Below are positions 55,170-63,648 of a stretch of 64,000 nt of DNA, piece by piece. The translations under genes were made by a program, and so were the position numbers. The DNA lies in assembly GCA_963842085.1 (NCBI GenBank), contig CAWJET010000001.1, forward strand, positions 3,008,001 to 3,072,000, in the 5' to 3' direction. The notes below the pieces were generated by a model. It was not told the origin of the DNA and made no database searches. It worked only from the letters and a program-made list of their open reading frames with translations. Positions within the stretch are counted from its first letter, which is position 1; every line of letters begins with the position of its first letter. Origin of the DNA: an uncultured delta proteobacterium. Its GTDB lineage: Bacteria; Desulfobacterota; Binatia; Binatales; Binataceae.

Positions 55170-56693
55170 ATGGGAGTGACAGTCTCGGAGGAAAAGAAAG
55201 CTGGTGGAGCGGCACCAGCAGCGATCAGCAACTTACTGAACTCGCCAAGGCGTCTGTTAATAGGGGGCAAGTGGGTCGCGGCCAAATCCGGCAAAACCTT
55301 TGAGACCCTCGATCCCGCCACTGAAGAAGTTCTTGCTCAAGTGGCCGAAGGAGACAGACTCGACGTAGATGAAGCTGTCAAGGCAGCTCGCTGTGCGCTC
55401 GACGACGGCGCTTGGCCAAAACTTTCCCCATCCGAGCGCGGACGGCTCATCTGGAAGCTTGGCGATTTGGTTGAGAAGCACGGCGCGGAATTGGCCCAGT
55501 TGGAAAGCCTCGATAACGGCAAGCCGGTCGCAGTGGCCCAGGGGGCTGATGTTCCGCTTTCCGCAGACACTCTCCGCTACATGGCTGGATGGGCGACGAA
55601 GATCGAGGGAAACACGATACCTCTCTCCGTTCCCTACACGCCCGGAGCCCGTTACCTGGCGTACACGGTTCGCGAACCGGTCGGCGTTGTAGGACAGATC
55701 ATTCCCTGGAATTTTCCCTTACTCATGGCCGCATGGAAACTAGGACCAGCTTTGGCCGCGGGATGCACCGTAGTACTGAAACCCGCGGAGCAAACCCCGT
55801 TGACGGCTCTGCGTCTGGGCGAACTTATCATGGAAGCGGGGTTCCCTGATGGCGTCGTAAACATTGTGACCGGATACGGCGAAACGGCCGGCGCGGCGCT
55901 GGCAGCCCACCCCGGAGTCGACAAGGTGGCATTCACCGGTTCGACCGAGGTCGGAAAGTTAATCCTGAAAGCGGCGGCGGGAAACCTGAAAAAAGTCACG
56001 CTGGAGCTCGGCGGAAAGTCGCCCAACGTGGTCTATGCAGACGCCGATCCGGAGTTGGCAATTGCTGGAGCCTCAAGCGCAATTTTCTTCAATCACGGCC
56101 AGTGCTGCTGTGCCGGCTCGCGGCTCTACGTGCAGGAGCAGGCCTTTGATCAAGTTGTTGACGGAGTCTCGAGAGAAGCCAAACGCATCAAGCTGGGCCG
56201 CGGTCTCGACCCGGAGACGCAGATGGGTCCTCTAGTGTCGGACGAACAATTGAAGCGGGTGACCGGGTATATTGCATCCGGACTGGAACAAGGTGCGAAG
56301 GCGGTAACCGGCGGAGGCCGGATCGGACGCTCGGGCTATTTTGTTGAACCCACGGTGTTGGTGAACACGCGAGCCGACATGAAGGTTGTCCAGGAGGAAA
56401 TCTTTGGGCCGGTGGTATGCGCTATCCCATTCAAGAGCGAAGAAGAGATCGTTCAGGCTGCGAACGATACGATCTACGGGCTCGCCGCCGGAATATGGAC
56501 CCGCGATGTAGGTAAAGCGCATTCTCTGGCCGCGAAACTGCGCGCGGGCACCGTCTGGGTCAACTGCTACAACATTTTCGATGCAGCAATGCCGTTCGGG
56601 GGCTACAAGCAATCCGGATGGGGCCGGGAGCAGGGTCACGAAGTGCTTGAACATTACACTGAGAGCAAGTCGGTCTGCGTCCGGATCGACTAG
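55170..56693 (+). CDS. NAD-dependent aldehyde dehydrogenase (ALDH1/2, phenylacetaldehyde DH-like)
   Basis: IIPWNFP, KPAEQTP, FTGSTEVG, LELGGKSP, GQCCCAG, EEIFGP, PFGGYKQSG. Confidence 0.95.
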   Translation: MGVTVSEEKKAGGAAPAAISNLLNSPRRLLIGGKWVAAKSGKTFETLDPATEEVLAQVAEGDRLDVDEAVKAARCALDDGAWPKLSPSERGRLIWKLGDLVEKHGAELAQLESLDNGKPVAVAQGADVPLSADTLRYMAGWATKIEGNTIPLSVPYTPGARYLAYTVREPVGVVGQIIPWNFPLLMAAWKLGPALAAGCTVVLKPAEQTPLTALRLGELIMEAGFPDGVVNIVTGYGETAGAALAAHPGVDKVAFTGSTEVGKLILKAAAGNLKKVTLELGGKSPNVVYADADPELAIAGASSAIFFNHGQCCCAGSRLYVQEQAFDQVVDGVSREAKRIKLGRGLDPETQMGPLVSDEQLKRVTGYIASGLEQGAKAVTGGGRIGRSGYFVEPTVLVNTRADMKVVQEEIFGPVVCAIPFKSEEEIVQAANDTIYGLAAGIWTRDVGKAHSLAAKLRAGTVWVNCYNIFDAAMPFGGYKQSGWGREQGHEVLEHYTESKSVCVRID

Positions 56694-56807
56694 CGTCACT
56701 AGAACTTGGGGATTCATTTCGATTGGTCATTCGGCATCCCCAGAAGGGCTGCGGTCACCGGAGTCAAGAAGCTGAAACCCGGGTATAGAGCTTTGGGCAA
56801 ACTTTCT

Positions 56808-57617
56808 TCAGAGCTGCGAATCGTAGTAGCCGCGTACCGTACGGTCGGGAAGTTCAACCACTGGATGGGCGCACAGCGCACCCAGCGTCATCGCGGAATC
56901 AAATCGATCGATGTGGTACTGGCAGATCATTGCGACCTGCGGATATTTGTCTGCCAAGCGGTTGAGCCGTCGTTCGTAGTCAAGAATCCCCGATACCCCA
57001 TTTGCACCCGAGCAGTACCAGGACATCTCGCCCGTAATCAGCGCCTTGCTTTTGCCTCCCGACAGCATTTCCTGGACGGATTTCTCGACGAACGCGAGCA
57101 TCGCGTCCGCACAGAAGCCGCCGTCGCGCAGATAGGCTTCGGAGGAGGGCACCGCTCGCAACACACCTCGGCGAGTCAGCTCGTCGGGGTCCGTCCCTTC
57201 CGAACGCAACAGGCTCATCAGGCGTGCGCGGGGAGTGCTGTCGTAGATATAGAGAATCGGCGCTCCAAGGCGCACGTACTTAAGCAGGTACGGGCGGAAC
57301 ATCCGGAACTGCTCTTCCTCACTAGAGTAATGCAGACTGATGTGGCTGTCGTTGCTCGGCTGCTGCAAGCCAACCTGCGGCCGAGGCCCGTCGATGGCGA
57401 CGGTGGGCGTCGTCGATTGACCACAATTGGCGCCTCCGGGGGCCAAAAAAGCTTCCAATTCGGCCTTTGCGAAGCGCCTTTCGCCGCGGAGGCCGACTCG
57501 AAAGCATCGCAGGCGGCCAGTGTTGGTCCAACGGCGCAACGAGATCTTACTCACTTTCAGAAAGCGCGCGGCTTCTTCGATGGTCAGTATGTTCGAATCT
57601 TCCAGCATCTCGATCAC
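56808..57617 (-). CDS. Excisionase-type HTH + MEDS (DcmR-like sensory) domain regulator
   Basis: LTIEEAARFLKVSKISLRRWTNTGRL...RRF then HISLHY..EEE...AYL.DGGF...TGEMSW...YE..LN...ICQY...F...HP. Confidence 0.85.
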   Translation of the reverse strand: MIEMLEDSNILTIEEAARFLKVSKISLRRWTNTGRLRCFRVGLRGERRFAKAELEAFLAPGGANCGQSTTPTVAIDGPRPQVGLQQPSNDSHISLHYSSEEEQFRMFRPYLLKYVRLGAPILYIYDSTPRARLMSLLRSEGTDPDELTRRGVLRAVPSSEAYLRDGGFCADAMLAFVEKSVQEMLSGGKSKALITGEMSWYCSGANGVSGILDYERRLNRLADKYPQVAMICQYHIDRFDSAMTLGALCAHPVVELPDRTVRGYYDSQL

Positions 57618-57694
57618 ACAAGCTCTGCTAATAACGACATTGGAGCAATTTAACCCGAACTGCTAACCTCAAGCAAACTGCGAATGACCAAATT

Positions 57695-57790
57695 CAGCAA
57701 GAATAAGCAAGATGATGCAATCGCATGTTTGACATTTCGTCGAAAGACGGAGTATGAACATTAAGATTCATCGAGATTAATCAAGATAGC
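57695..57790 (+). promoter_or_regulatory. Divergent promoter with 10-bp-phased direct repeats
   Basis: TTGACA at 57729; GCAA at 57697/57707/57717; AGAT at 57764/57774/57784. Confidence 0.55.
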
Positions 57791-57881
57791 CCATGTTATA
57801 TCATCGGTAGTTCGTGAGGCAAGAAGAAGAAGGCAGCACCCGGGGAAAGCGACTTTGAGACTGCAGGGAGGGACGAACTTG

Positions 57882-58859
57882 ATGAAGACGACGCTACGGC
57901 AGGTTCAGATTTCGTGGCTGGCTGCAACACTCTTAATCGGGTGTTTGCTTTTCCCGACGGGAGCACGCGCCGGCAGCGCCGCAGGGGATCCGAGTGTGAA
58001 GCAAATGCTGCGGCAGGTGGAGCAAAGGCTCGACACAGTGGAGCAGGAGAATCAGTCCCTTCGGCAGCAGGTCCTCGAATTACGGCAGCAGGTCAATACG
58101 CAGGCTCCCACTGTCTCCGCGATGCAGCAACATATGACGCAGGTAATGCCTCAGACAGAACAGCGTGTCGCCAACATGGAGAGAGAGCAGGAAGCTTCGG
58201 ACCAGCAAGTTGCGAGTCTGAAGCAGAAGGTTGAATCGCCGTTCAAAGGCAGCGCGCTCGGGTTTAGGGCCGGATGGTCAGAAGTACCATTCGACCTGCC
58301 CGGCGGTTTCTTTTGGGACATGCATCTCGGCCATCGATTATTCGAGCAGCGGGACGGAATCCCGTTTGGCGATATCAATGGCGAGCTCGCGATCGGCCTG
58401 ATTCAGGGCAATCATGAGCCGATAACACTGAGCACGCTTGCCGGCACCCCTCTTGCGCATCCCGTGAATACTCAAGCTGATGTGTCGCTGGTTACCGTCG
58501 CTCCGACCGTTCGGTACACGCTCAGGGCCTTGGAGCCATTTGAACCTACCGTGTTTGCTGGTCCTGAAATCCTTATCAATCTGTTCGAATTCAGCCCGCT
58601 AAATGCGGGTCAGCTGCCGATACCGCCCCAACTCAGTCAGAGGGGTATCCCTACTATCGGTAGCGGGCACGTTTTTGCGGGTGCGGTATTCGGCGCGGAT
58701 CTTCAGTACCGGCTGTCTGATATCGCTTCTGCGCTGAATATTCCAGCGTCTGAGCGGTTTTTCTCGAAAATCACGGTGGGGCCGGAATGGCGGTACCACG
58801 CAATGGAGAATGGCGAGAACTTCCAATCTTACAGCGGTGAGATTACCATTGGTTTTTGA
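57882..58859 (+). CDS. Outer-membrane beta-barrel protein with N-terminal coiled coil
   Basis: Signal peptide (ARA), Gln-rich coiled coil, amphipathic strands, C-terminal Phe. Confidence 0.65.
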   Translation: MKTTLRQVQISWLAATLLIGCLLFPTGARAGSAAGDPSVKQMLRQVEQRLDTVEQENQSLRQQVLELRQQVNTQAPTVSAMQQHMTQVMPQTEQRVANMEREQEASDQQVASLKQKVESPFKGSALGFRAGWSEVPFDLPGGFFWDMHLGHRLFEQRDGIPFGDINGELAIGLIQGNHEPITLSTLAGTPLAHPVNTQADVSLVTVAPTVRYTLRALEPFEPTVFAGPEILINLFEFSPLNAGQLPIPPQLSQRGIPTIGSGHVFAGAVFGADLQYRLSDIASALNIPASERFFSKITVGPEWRYHAMENGENFQSYSGEITIGF

Positions 58860-59040
58860 GCAAGATTTGTGATGGACCCCGTAAACGGGCAGAACGGTAG
58901 ATAAGCATTGGTAACCCGGGGAACATTAGGAATGATGAATCGTTGGTTAAGTAGCGCTAAAAAGGTTAGATTAAATCAACACCGGAGCGTGAGGGACAAT
59001 TGATTGCCGGCCCGGATGGGCTCGAAAGCAGAAGATGTTA

Positions 59041-59088
59041 AATCGCCGCCGCAGACTGACCATTCCGTCGGTCTCTGGGTGGCGGATT
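59041..59088 (+). other. Imperfect stem-loop in the xmoC leader
   Basis: aatcgccgccgcagactgac...gtcggtctctgggtggcggatt. Confidence 0.45.
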
Positions 59089-59129
59089 GAAGACGAGAAT
59101 TTTTCGCGAGCTAAGGAGGCTAAACGAAA

Positions 59130-59969
59130 ATGGCGACTGAATCGGCAAGAGCGGAACTAACCGAAGTTAAGAAGAGTGACAAACTGTCCTGGAACTGGAT
59201 TAACCCGAAAATCATGATCGTGGGCGTCGCAGCGCTCACCGTGTTCTATGTTTCACTGCGGCTTTACCAGCAGAAGTTTGCATGGAGCATGGGACTGGAC
59301 TCGACCTCACCTGAGTTCAAGACCTACTGGATGAATCTGCAGTACGCGCTTTGGGCGTTTGAGATGCTCTTGGCGGCGTCACTGTGGAGCTGGGTATGGT
59401 TGACTCGCCCTAACGATCTAGATCGGCTCGAGCCCAAGGAAGAGATGCGGCGGCTGGGCGTATTGATAGCGATTATCGCTGTGTATGTGTTCGCGGTGTT
59501 CTGGGCCGGCAGCTTCTTCGCCGAAGAGGACGCGGTCTGGCATCAGACCGTTGTTCGCGACACCTCGTTCACGCCCAACCATATAATCCTCTTTTATACC
59601 ACCTTCCAAGTTTATATCGCTATCGGCGTGACGGCTTACCTGTACGCGAGGACGCGGTTGCCGCGTTTCGCGGCCCGGCATTCAATTCCGTTTGTAATCG
59701 CTGTTGCTGGACCTTTCATGCTGCTGCCGGTCGTCGGCTACAACGAGTGGATGCATTCCTTCGTTATTCTCGAGGAGCGTTTTACGGCTCCGGTGCACTA
59801 CGGGTTCGTACTTTTCGGGTGGACGGGGTTCGGTCTTGGTGGTCTGCTTCTTCAGATCTGCGACTACATCTATGAGCTGACCACCGGAAAGGCGCAGACC
59901 TACAACAAGGGCGAACCGGCATCCGATCCGGCGCTCGATTTCGAGACCGATGTTCCAAAGGTTGCTTAA
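59130..59969 (+). CDS. xmoC: Copper membrane monooxygenase subunit C (PmoC/AmoC family)
   Basis: GLDSTSPEFKTYW, WAGSFFAEEDAVWHQTVVRDTSFTPNH, GPFM, NEWMH...EE.F.APVHYGFV.FGW; RBS taaggagg. Confidence 0.95.
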   Translation: MATESARAELTEVKKSDKLSWNWINPKIMIVGVAALTVFYVSLRLYQQKFAWSMGLDSTSPEFKTYWMNLQYALWAFEMLLAASLWSWVWLTRPNDLDRLEPKEEMRRLGVLIAIIAVYVFAVFWAGSFFAEEDAVWHQTVVRDTSFTPNHIILFYTTFQVYIAIGVTAYLYARTRLPRFAARHSIPFVIAVAGPFMLLPVVGYNEWMHSFVILEERFTAPVHYGFVLFGWTGFGLGGLLLQICDYIYELTTGKAQTYNKGEPASDPALDFETDVPKVA

Positions 59970-60008
59970 AGGCGGTTTCAACTGATCTGAGCACCACTGA
60001 TTGATTTT

Positions 60009-60037
60009 GGGTCCGGGCCGATACTGGTCCGGACCCC
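60009..60037 (+). other. Stem-loop between xmoC and xmoA
   Basis: gggtccgg-gccgatactggt-ccggaccc. Confidence 0.5.
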
Positions 60038-60096
60038 AGCAGACGCGAACGGTTTGGCTCTTCGAACACACGAGATTTGACTCGGGAGGAATAATC

Positions 60097-60861
60097 ATGG
60101 CGGCTGGACTTCAGGCTCGCACAAAGACGGCATTCGACACGCCTGAGGAGATGCGGAAAGCGTATCGCCAGTTCGACTTGGTCGTGGCGGTCATCCTCTT
60201 CTTCCTGTTCATAGCGCTTTACCACATAACGGCGATGCTGACGATCGGTGACTGGGATTTTTGGGCGGATTGGAAAGACCGGCGGTGGTGGATCACTGTG
60301 ACGCCGACTCTTCTAATCGCCATGCCCGCAGCAGCTCAGTACATCTTCTGGGGCAAGTTCCGTCTCCCGTTTGCTGCTACGCTTCTGACCTTCTGCCTGG
60401 TCAGTGCCGAATGGCTGAACCGGGTGGCCAACATGCACGGTTGGGCGTACTTCCCCATCGATTTCGTATGGCCGGCGACGCTGATTCCGTCGGGAATAGC
60501 ACTTGACTGTGTCCTGATGTTGACCGGCAGTTACGTGATGACGGCGATAATCGGGGGTGGGATTTGGTCGTTTTTGTTTTACCCAACGAACTGGGTGATG
60601 CTGGCGCGGTACATGCAGCCTACCAACATGCACGGGTTCCTGATGTCGCTGGCCGACGTAATGGGCTATCAGTTTGTGAGAACCGGAACCCCCGAATATT
60701 TGCGCTACATCGACCGCGGGACGCTGCGCTCGTTTGGCGAGGATCCGATCTATATATCTATGGCCTTCGCGGCGTTTGCCTGCATGCTCATTTACATGAT
60801 CTTCGTCGGCGTGGGATATCTTTTTACGAGAAGTCAGTTCAGTTGGCTTAAGCGCATATAA
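60097..60861 (+). CDS. xmoA: Copper membrane monooxygenase subunit A (PmoA/AmoA family)
   Basis: YHITAMLTIGDWDFWADWKDRRWW, EWLNR, FYPTNW, RTGTPEYLRYIDRGTLRSFG; RBS ggagg. Confidence 0.96.
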   Translation: MAAGLQARTKTAFDTPEEMRKAYRQFDLVVAVILFFLFIALYHITAMLTIGDWDFWADWKDRRWWITVTPTLLIAMPAAAQYIFWGKFRLPFAATLLTFCLVSAEWLNRVANMHGWAYFPIDFVWPATLIPSGIALDCVLMLTGSYVMTAIIGGGIWSFLFYPTNWVMLARYMQPTNMHGFLMSLADVMGYQFVRTGTPEYLRYIDRGTLRSFGEDPIYISMAFAAFACMLIYMIFVGVGYLFTRSQFSWLKRI

Positions 60862-60917
60862 CCTATCGATCAACATCGCGAAGCGGCCATCAACTTCAGA
60901 GAAGCGCGGTTAATCAA

Positions 60918-62204
60918 ATGCATTCGAAAAGGTTAGGTTGGAAAGCTTTGGCGGTAAGCGCCTCAGCACTGTCCTTTATCCTGGCACTGAGCATGGCAGT
61001 CGTGGCGGTGCCTGGAACGGCTGCTGCACACGGCGAGCGCGCTGAGCCTCCGTTTCTCAGGATGTCCACCATCCAATGGTACGATACGCACTGGTCCTCG
61101 ACCCACGTCAAAGTGAACGAGGAGATGACCATAACCGGGCGTTTTCACGTCGTGAAGAACTGGTCTTTCGCGATCGCCGCGCCCGACCTGGCGTTTCTGA
61201 ACGTGGACGTGCCCGGGCCGGTTATGGTCCGCATGGCCAGCACCATTGACGGGGTCAACGGCGCCGCTTCGACGCCGCTCGAACTCGGCAGGGACTACGA
61301 ATATACGATCGTCCTTCGCGGCAGGATCCCGGGACGCTACCATGTTCATCCGATGTTGGACGTGCGCGACGCCGGTCCGCTTCTGGGTCCGGGTGATTGG
61401 GTCACAGTTGACGGAGATGCGGCGACTTTCACAGACCCGATTACGACGCTCACGGGTGAAAAGCTGGACTTGGCGCACTACGGGATGAGTGGCGTCGTGA
61501 GCTGGCACGTGCTGTGGGGATTGATGGCGGTGGCATGGCTGCTGTACTGGATTGCCAAACCGTTGTTGATGCCCAGATACGAAGCTCTGCAGCACGGCGA
61601 GGGTGAGAAACTGGTAACCCTTACCGATAGGATCGTGGCTGTTGGGTTTCTCGGCGCGACAATATTGATCGTACTCTTCGGCGCGATGGTCACCCGCGTG
61701 TGGTATCCAGTGACCATCCCATTGCAGTCCACTTGGCTGCGGATTCCTCCTTTGCCCAAGCAGCCGGATACCATTACCATGACTTCGGATAGCGTGATCT
61801 ACTACATTCCCGGCCGCACCGTGGAATTCTCGGTAAAAGTCACTAACAATGGCACCAAGCCGGTACAGATCGGCGAGTTCACCACGGCGGCGGTGAGATT
61901 TCTGAATTCATCGATCCGCCAGCCCGAACCTGACTATCCTCCAGAACTGATTGCCCCGGCCGGCCTGGTGGTCGAGCCGAATGAACCGATTCAGCCGGGA
62001 GAGACCAAGGCGCTTCATATCCTGGCCAGCAGCCCGGTCTGGGAAACCGATCGACTGGCGTTGCTGATAGCCGATCCGACCAGCCGAATCGGCGGGCTGT
62101 TCATGTTCTTTGATCCGGACAACAACCGCACTATGGTGGAGTTCGACAGCGAGATTATGCCGACCTTCGTCCGTCCACCGGCTGCGGCGGCGACGACGAG
62201 CTAG
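60918..62204 (+). CDS. xmoB: Copper membrane monooxygenase subunit B (PmoB/AmoB family)
   Basis: Signal peptide then HGERAEPPFLRM..IQWYD, YHVHP, TIPLQ, YYIPGR, GEFTTA.VRF, PIQPGET, RIGGLFMF. Confidence 0.96.
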   Translation: MHSKRLGWKALAVSASALSFILALSMAVVAVPGTAAAHGERAEPPFLRMSTIQWYDTHWSSTHVKVNEEMTITGRFHVVKNWSFAIAAPDLAFLNVDVPGPVMVRMASTIDGVNGAASTPLELGRDYEYTIVLRGRIPGRYHVHPMLDVRDAGPLLGPGDWVTVDGDAATFTDPITTLTGEKLDLAHYGMSGVVSWHVLWGLMAVAWLLYWIAKPLLMPRYEALQHGEGEKLVTLTDRIVAVGFLGATILIVLFGAMVTRVWYPVTIPLQSTWLRIPPLPKQPDTITMTSDSVIYYIPGRTVEFSVKVTNNGTKPVQIGEFTTAAVRFLNSSIRQPEPDYPPELIAPAGLVVEPNEPIQPGETKALHILASSPVWETDRLALLIADPTSRIGGLFMFFDPDNNRTMVEFDSEIMPTFVRPPAAAATTS

Positions 62205-62238
62205 GGGTCAGAGTGCTGATCGATCCAGGGAGGCAACG

Positions 62239-62835
62239 GTGAGCCGCAAAATCAGTTTGGTCGCGGGTTTGCTGTTAGGCTTGGCGTACGCTGGATCGGC
62301 GTGGGCGCACGGCGGTGGCCCTGGACTCAGCTACGACCCCTGCGCGCAGCGGGTCGGCTTGTACTACGTCCACATGGCGGTCTACCAGCCGCAGGTTGAC
62401 AGTAGTCAGGAATACTGCGGCAAGATACCGCGTGGTGGCGACACTCTCATGGTATTCGACCTGGTGGGAACCGAGATGCGCCACACACCGGTAGCAGTTA
62501 ATATACTCGAAACTGGCGGGCGCTCGGGAAGCTACGTGGTGGCCTCGGTTCCCGAGGGCGAACATGTATCCGGCGTCATCGACATCAACCTTCCGCTGCA
62601 AGCAGGGCACAGTTATCAGGCGGTCGTCACGGTGGGTGAGGCGCCGGCGAATTACACTATTACCTTTCCAATCAGCGTCAACGCCTGGTGGAACGGGCTT
62701 GAACTGCCGGGGCTGCTGGTTCTCGTCGTACTCGGGGGTTCGATCTTTTACGGTCTCAGGCTCCGACGGGAGCATTTGGTCACGCAGCGCAAGGCCGAGA
62801 TGCGCACCCGTATTCGCGCTGTCGGCAGCGGCTGA
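62239..62835 (+). CDS. PmoD/AmoD-like periplasmic membrane-anchored protein
   Basis: AWAHGG...DPC...HMAVYQP...EYC..IP..G.T.MVFD, C-terminal TM; immediately after xmoB; GTG after ggagg. Confidence 0.75.
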   Translation: MSRKISLVAGLLLGLAYAGSAWAHGGGPGLSYDPCAQRVGLYYVHMAVYQPQVDSSQEYCGKIPRGGDTLMVFDLVGTEMRHTPVAVNILETGGRSGSYVVASVPEGEHVSGVIDINLPLQAGHSYQAVVTVGEAPANYTITFPISVNAWWNGLELPGLLVLVVLGGSIFYGLRLRREHLVTQRKAEMRTRIRAVGSG

Positions 62836-62885
62836 GAGCTGTTCAATTGATTCTTTTGGACGATCGGACGACCAGGACGGTTTTT

Positions 62886-63536
62886 ATGTCAGAACGAGTT
62901 GTTTACATCGAATCATTGTTGTCTGTGTTGAGGCCACGGATGGCAAATGCTCTAGCGCTTGCAATTCTGCTGTGTTGCGCCGCTTGCTCTCCTCCTCCAA
63001 CGGACTCGGCGGCGCCGCTGGGGCCGGGCCTGTCCGGCGTGTCGCCGAAGCTGTTGCTCTACAACCAGAACGCGCAACCGGTGGAAGCGGGATCAATGAC
63101 GGGACGCCCCATAATAATCGCGTTCATCGATACATCTTGCACGGGAATGTGTCGGCTTACCACGAACAAACTACGCCGGGTGGCAGACGACCTCGGAGCG
63201 GAGCAGAAGCAGAAAGTTCAATTTGTGCTGGTAACTTATAACCCGGTATTCGACGGTCCCAAGCGTCTCAGACAGTACGCGCAGGACATGCACCTCGATA
63301 CCCCGCACTGGATGCTGTTGACAGGCACGCCTGCCAATATTGACTGGATGCTTGGGCGCTTCGGGTTGCCGGCGGTCGGGAATTTTGAGGAGCCGGCGCA
63401 ACTGATGGACGCACTTGACTACGTGTTCCTGGTCGCGCCTGACGGCAAGATCGTGAAGAAGTACAAAGGCGGGGATTTCGTAACCACCGCAGTTGCGCAG
63501 GACGCGCGCCAGGTACTGAACAAAGGCGCCTCATAG
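62886..63536 (+). CDS. SCO1/SenC-family protein
   Basis: FIDTSCTGMC (CxxxC), VTYNP..DGP..LRQY, W.LLTG; start may be 62940. Confidence 0.8.
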   Translation: MSERVVYIESLLSVLRPRMANALALAILLCCAACSPPPTDSAAPLGPGLSGVSPKLLLYNQNAQPVEAGSMTGRPIIIAFIDTSCTGMCRLTTNKLRRVADDLGAEQKQKVQFVLVTYNPVFDGPKRLRQYAQDMHLDTPHWMLLTGTPANIDWMLGRFGLPAVGNFEEPAQLMDALDYVFLVAPDGKIVKKYKGGDFVTTAVAQDARQVLNKGAS

Positions 63537-63648
63537 AAGCGCATCTCACTACTCAGTACTTCTTTAAGAATGGCTATTCTGATTGGCTAGTGCATCTGAC
63601 TCATCTGATACTCACAACACGAATCCTAACGAAAATGGGTGACTAATT

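Noticed and set aside
59130-62204. Calling the host a methanotroph or ammonia oxidiser
   Set aside because: Family membership does not fix the substrate; no MDH or hao in the window and the motifs are divergent
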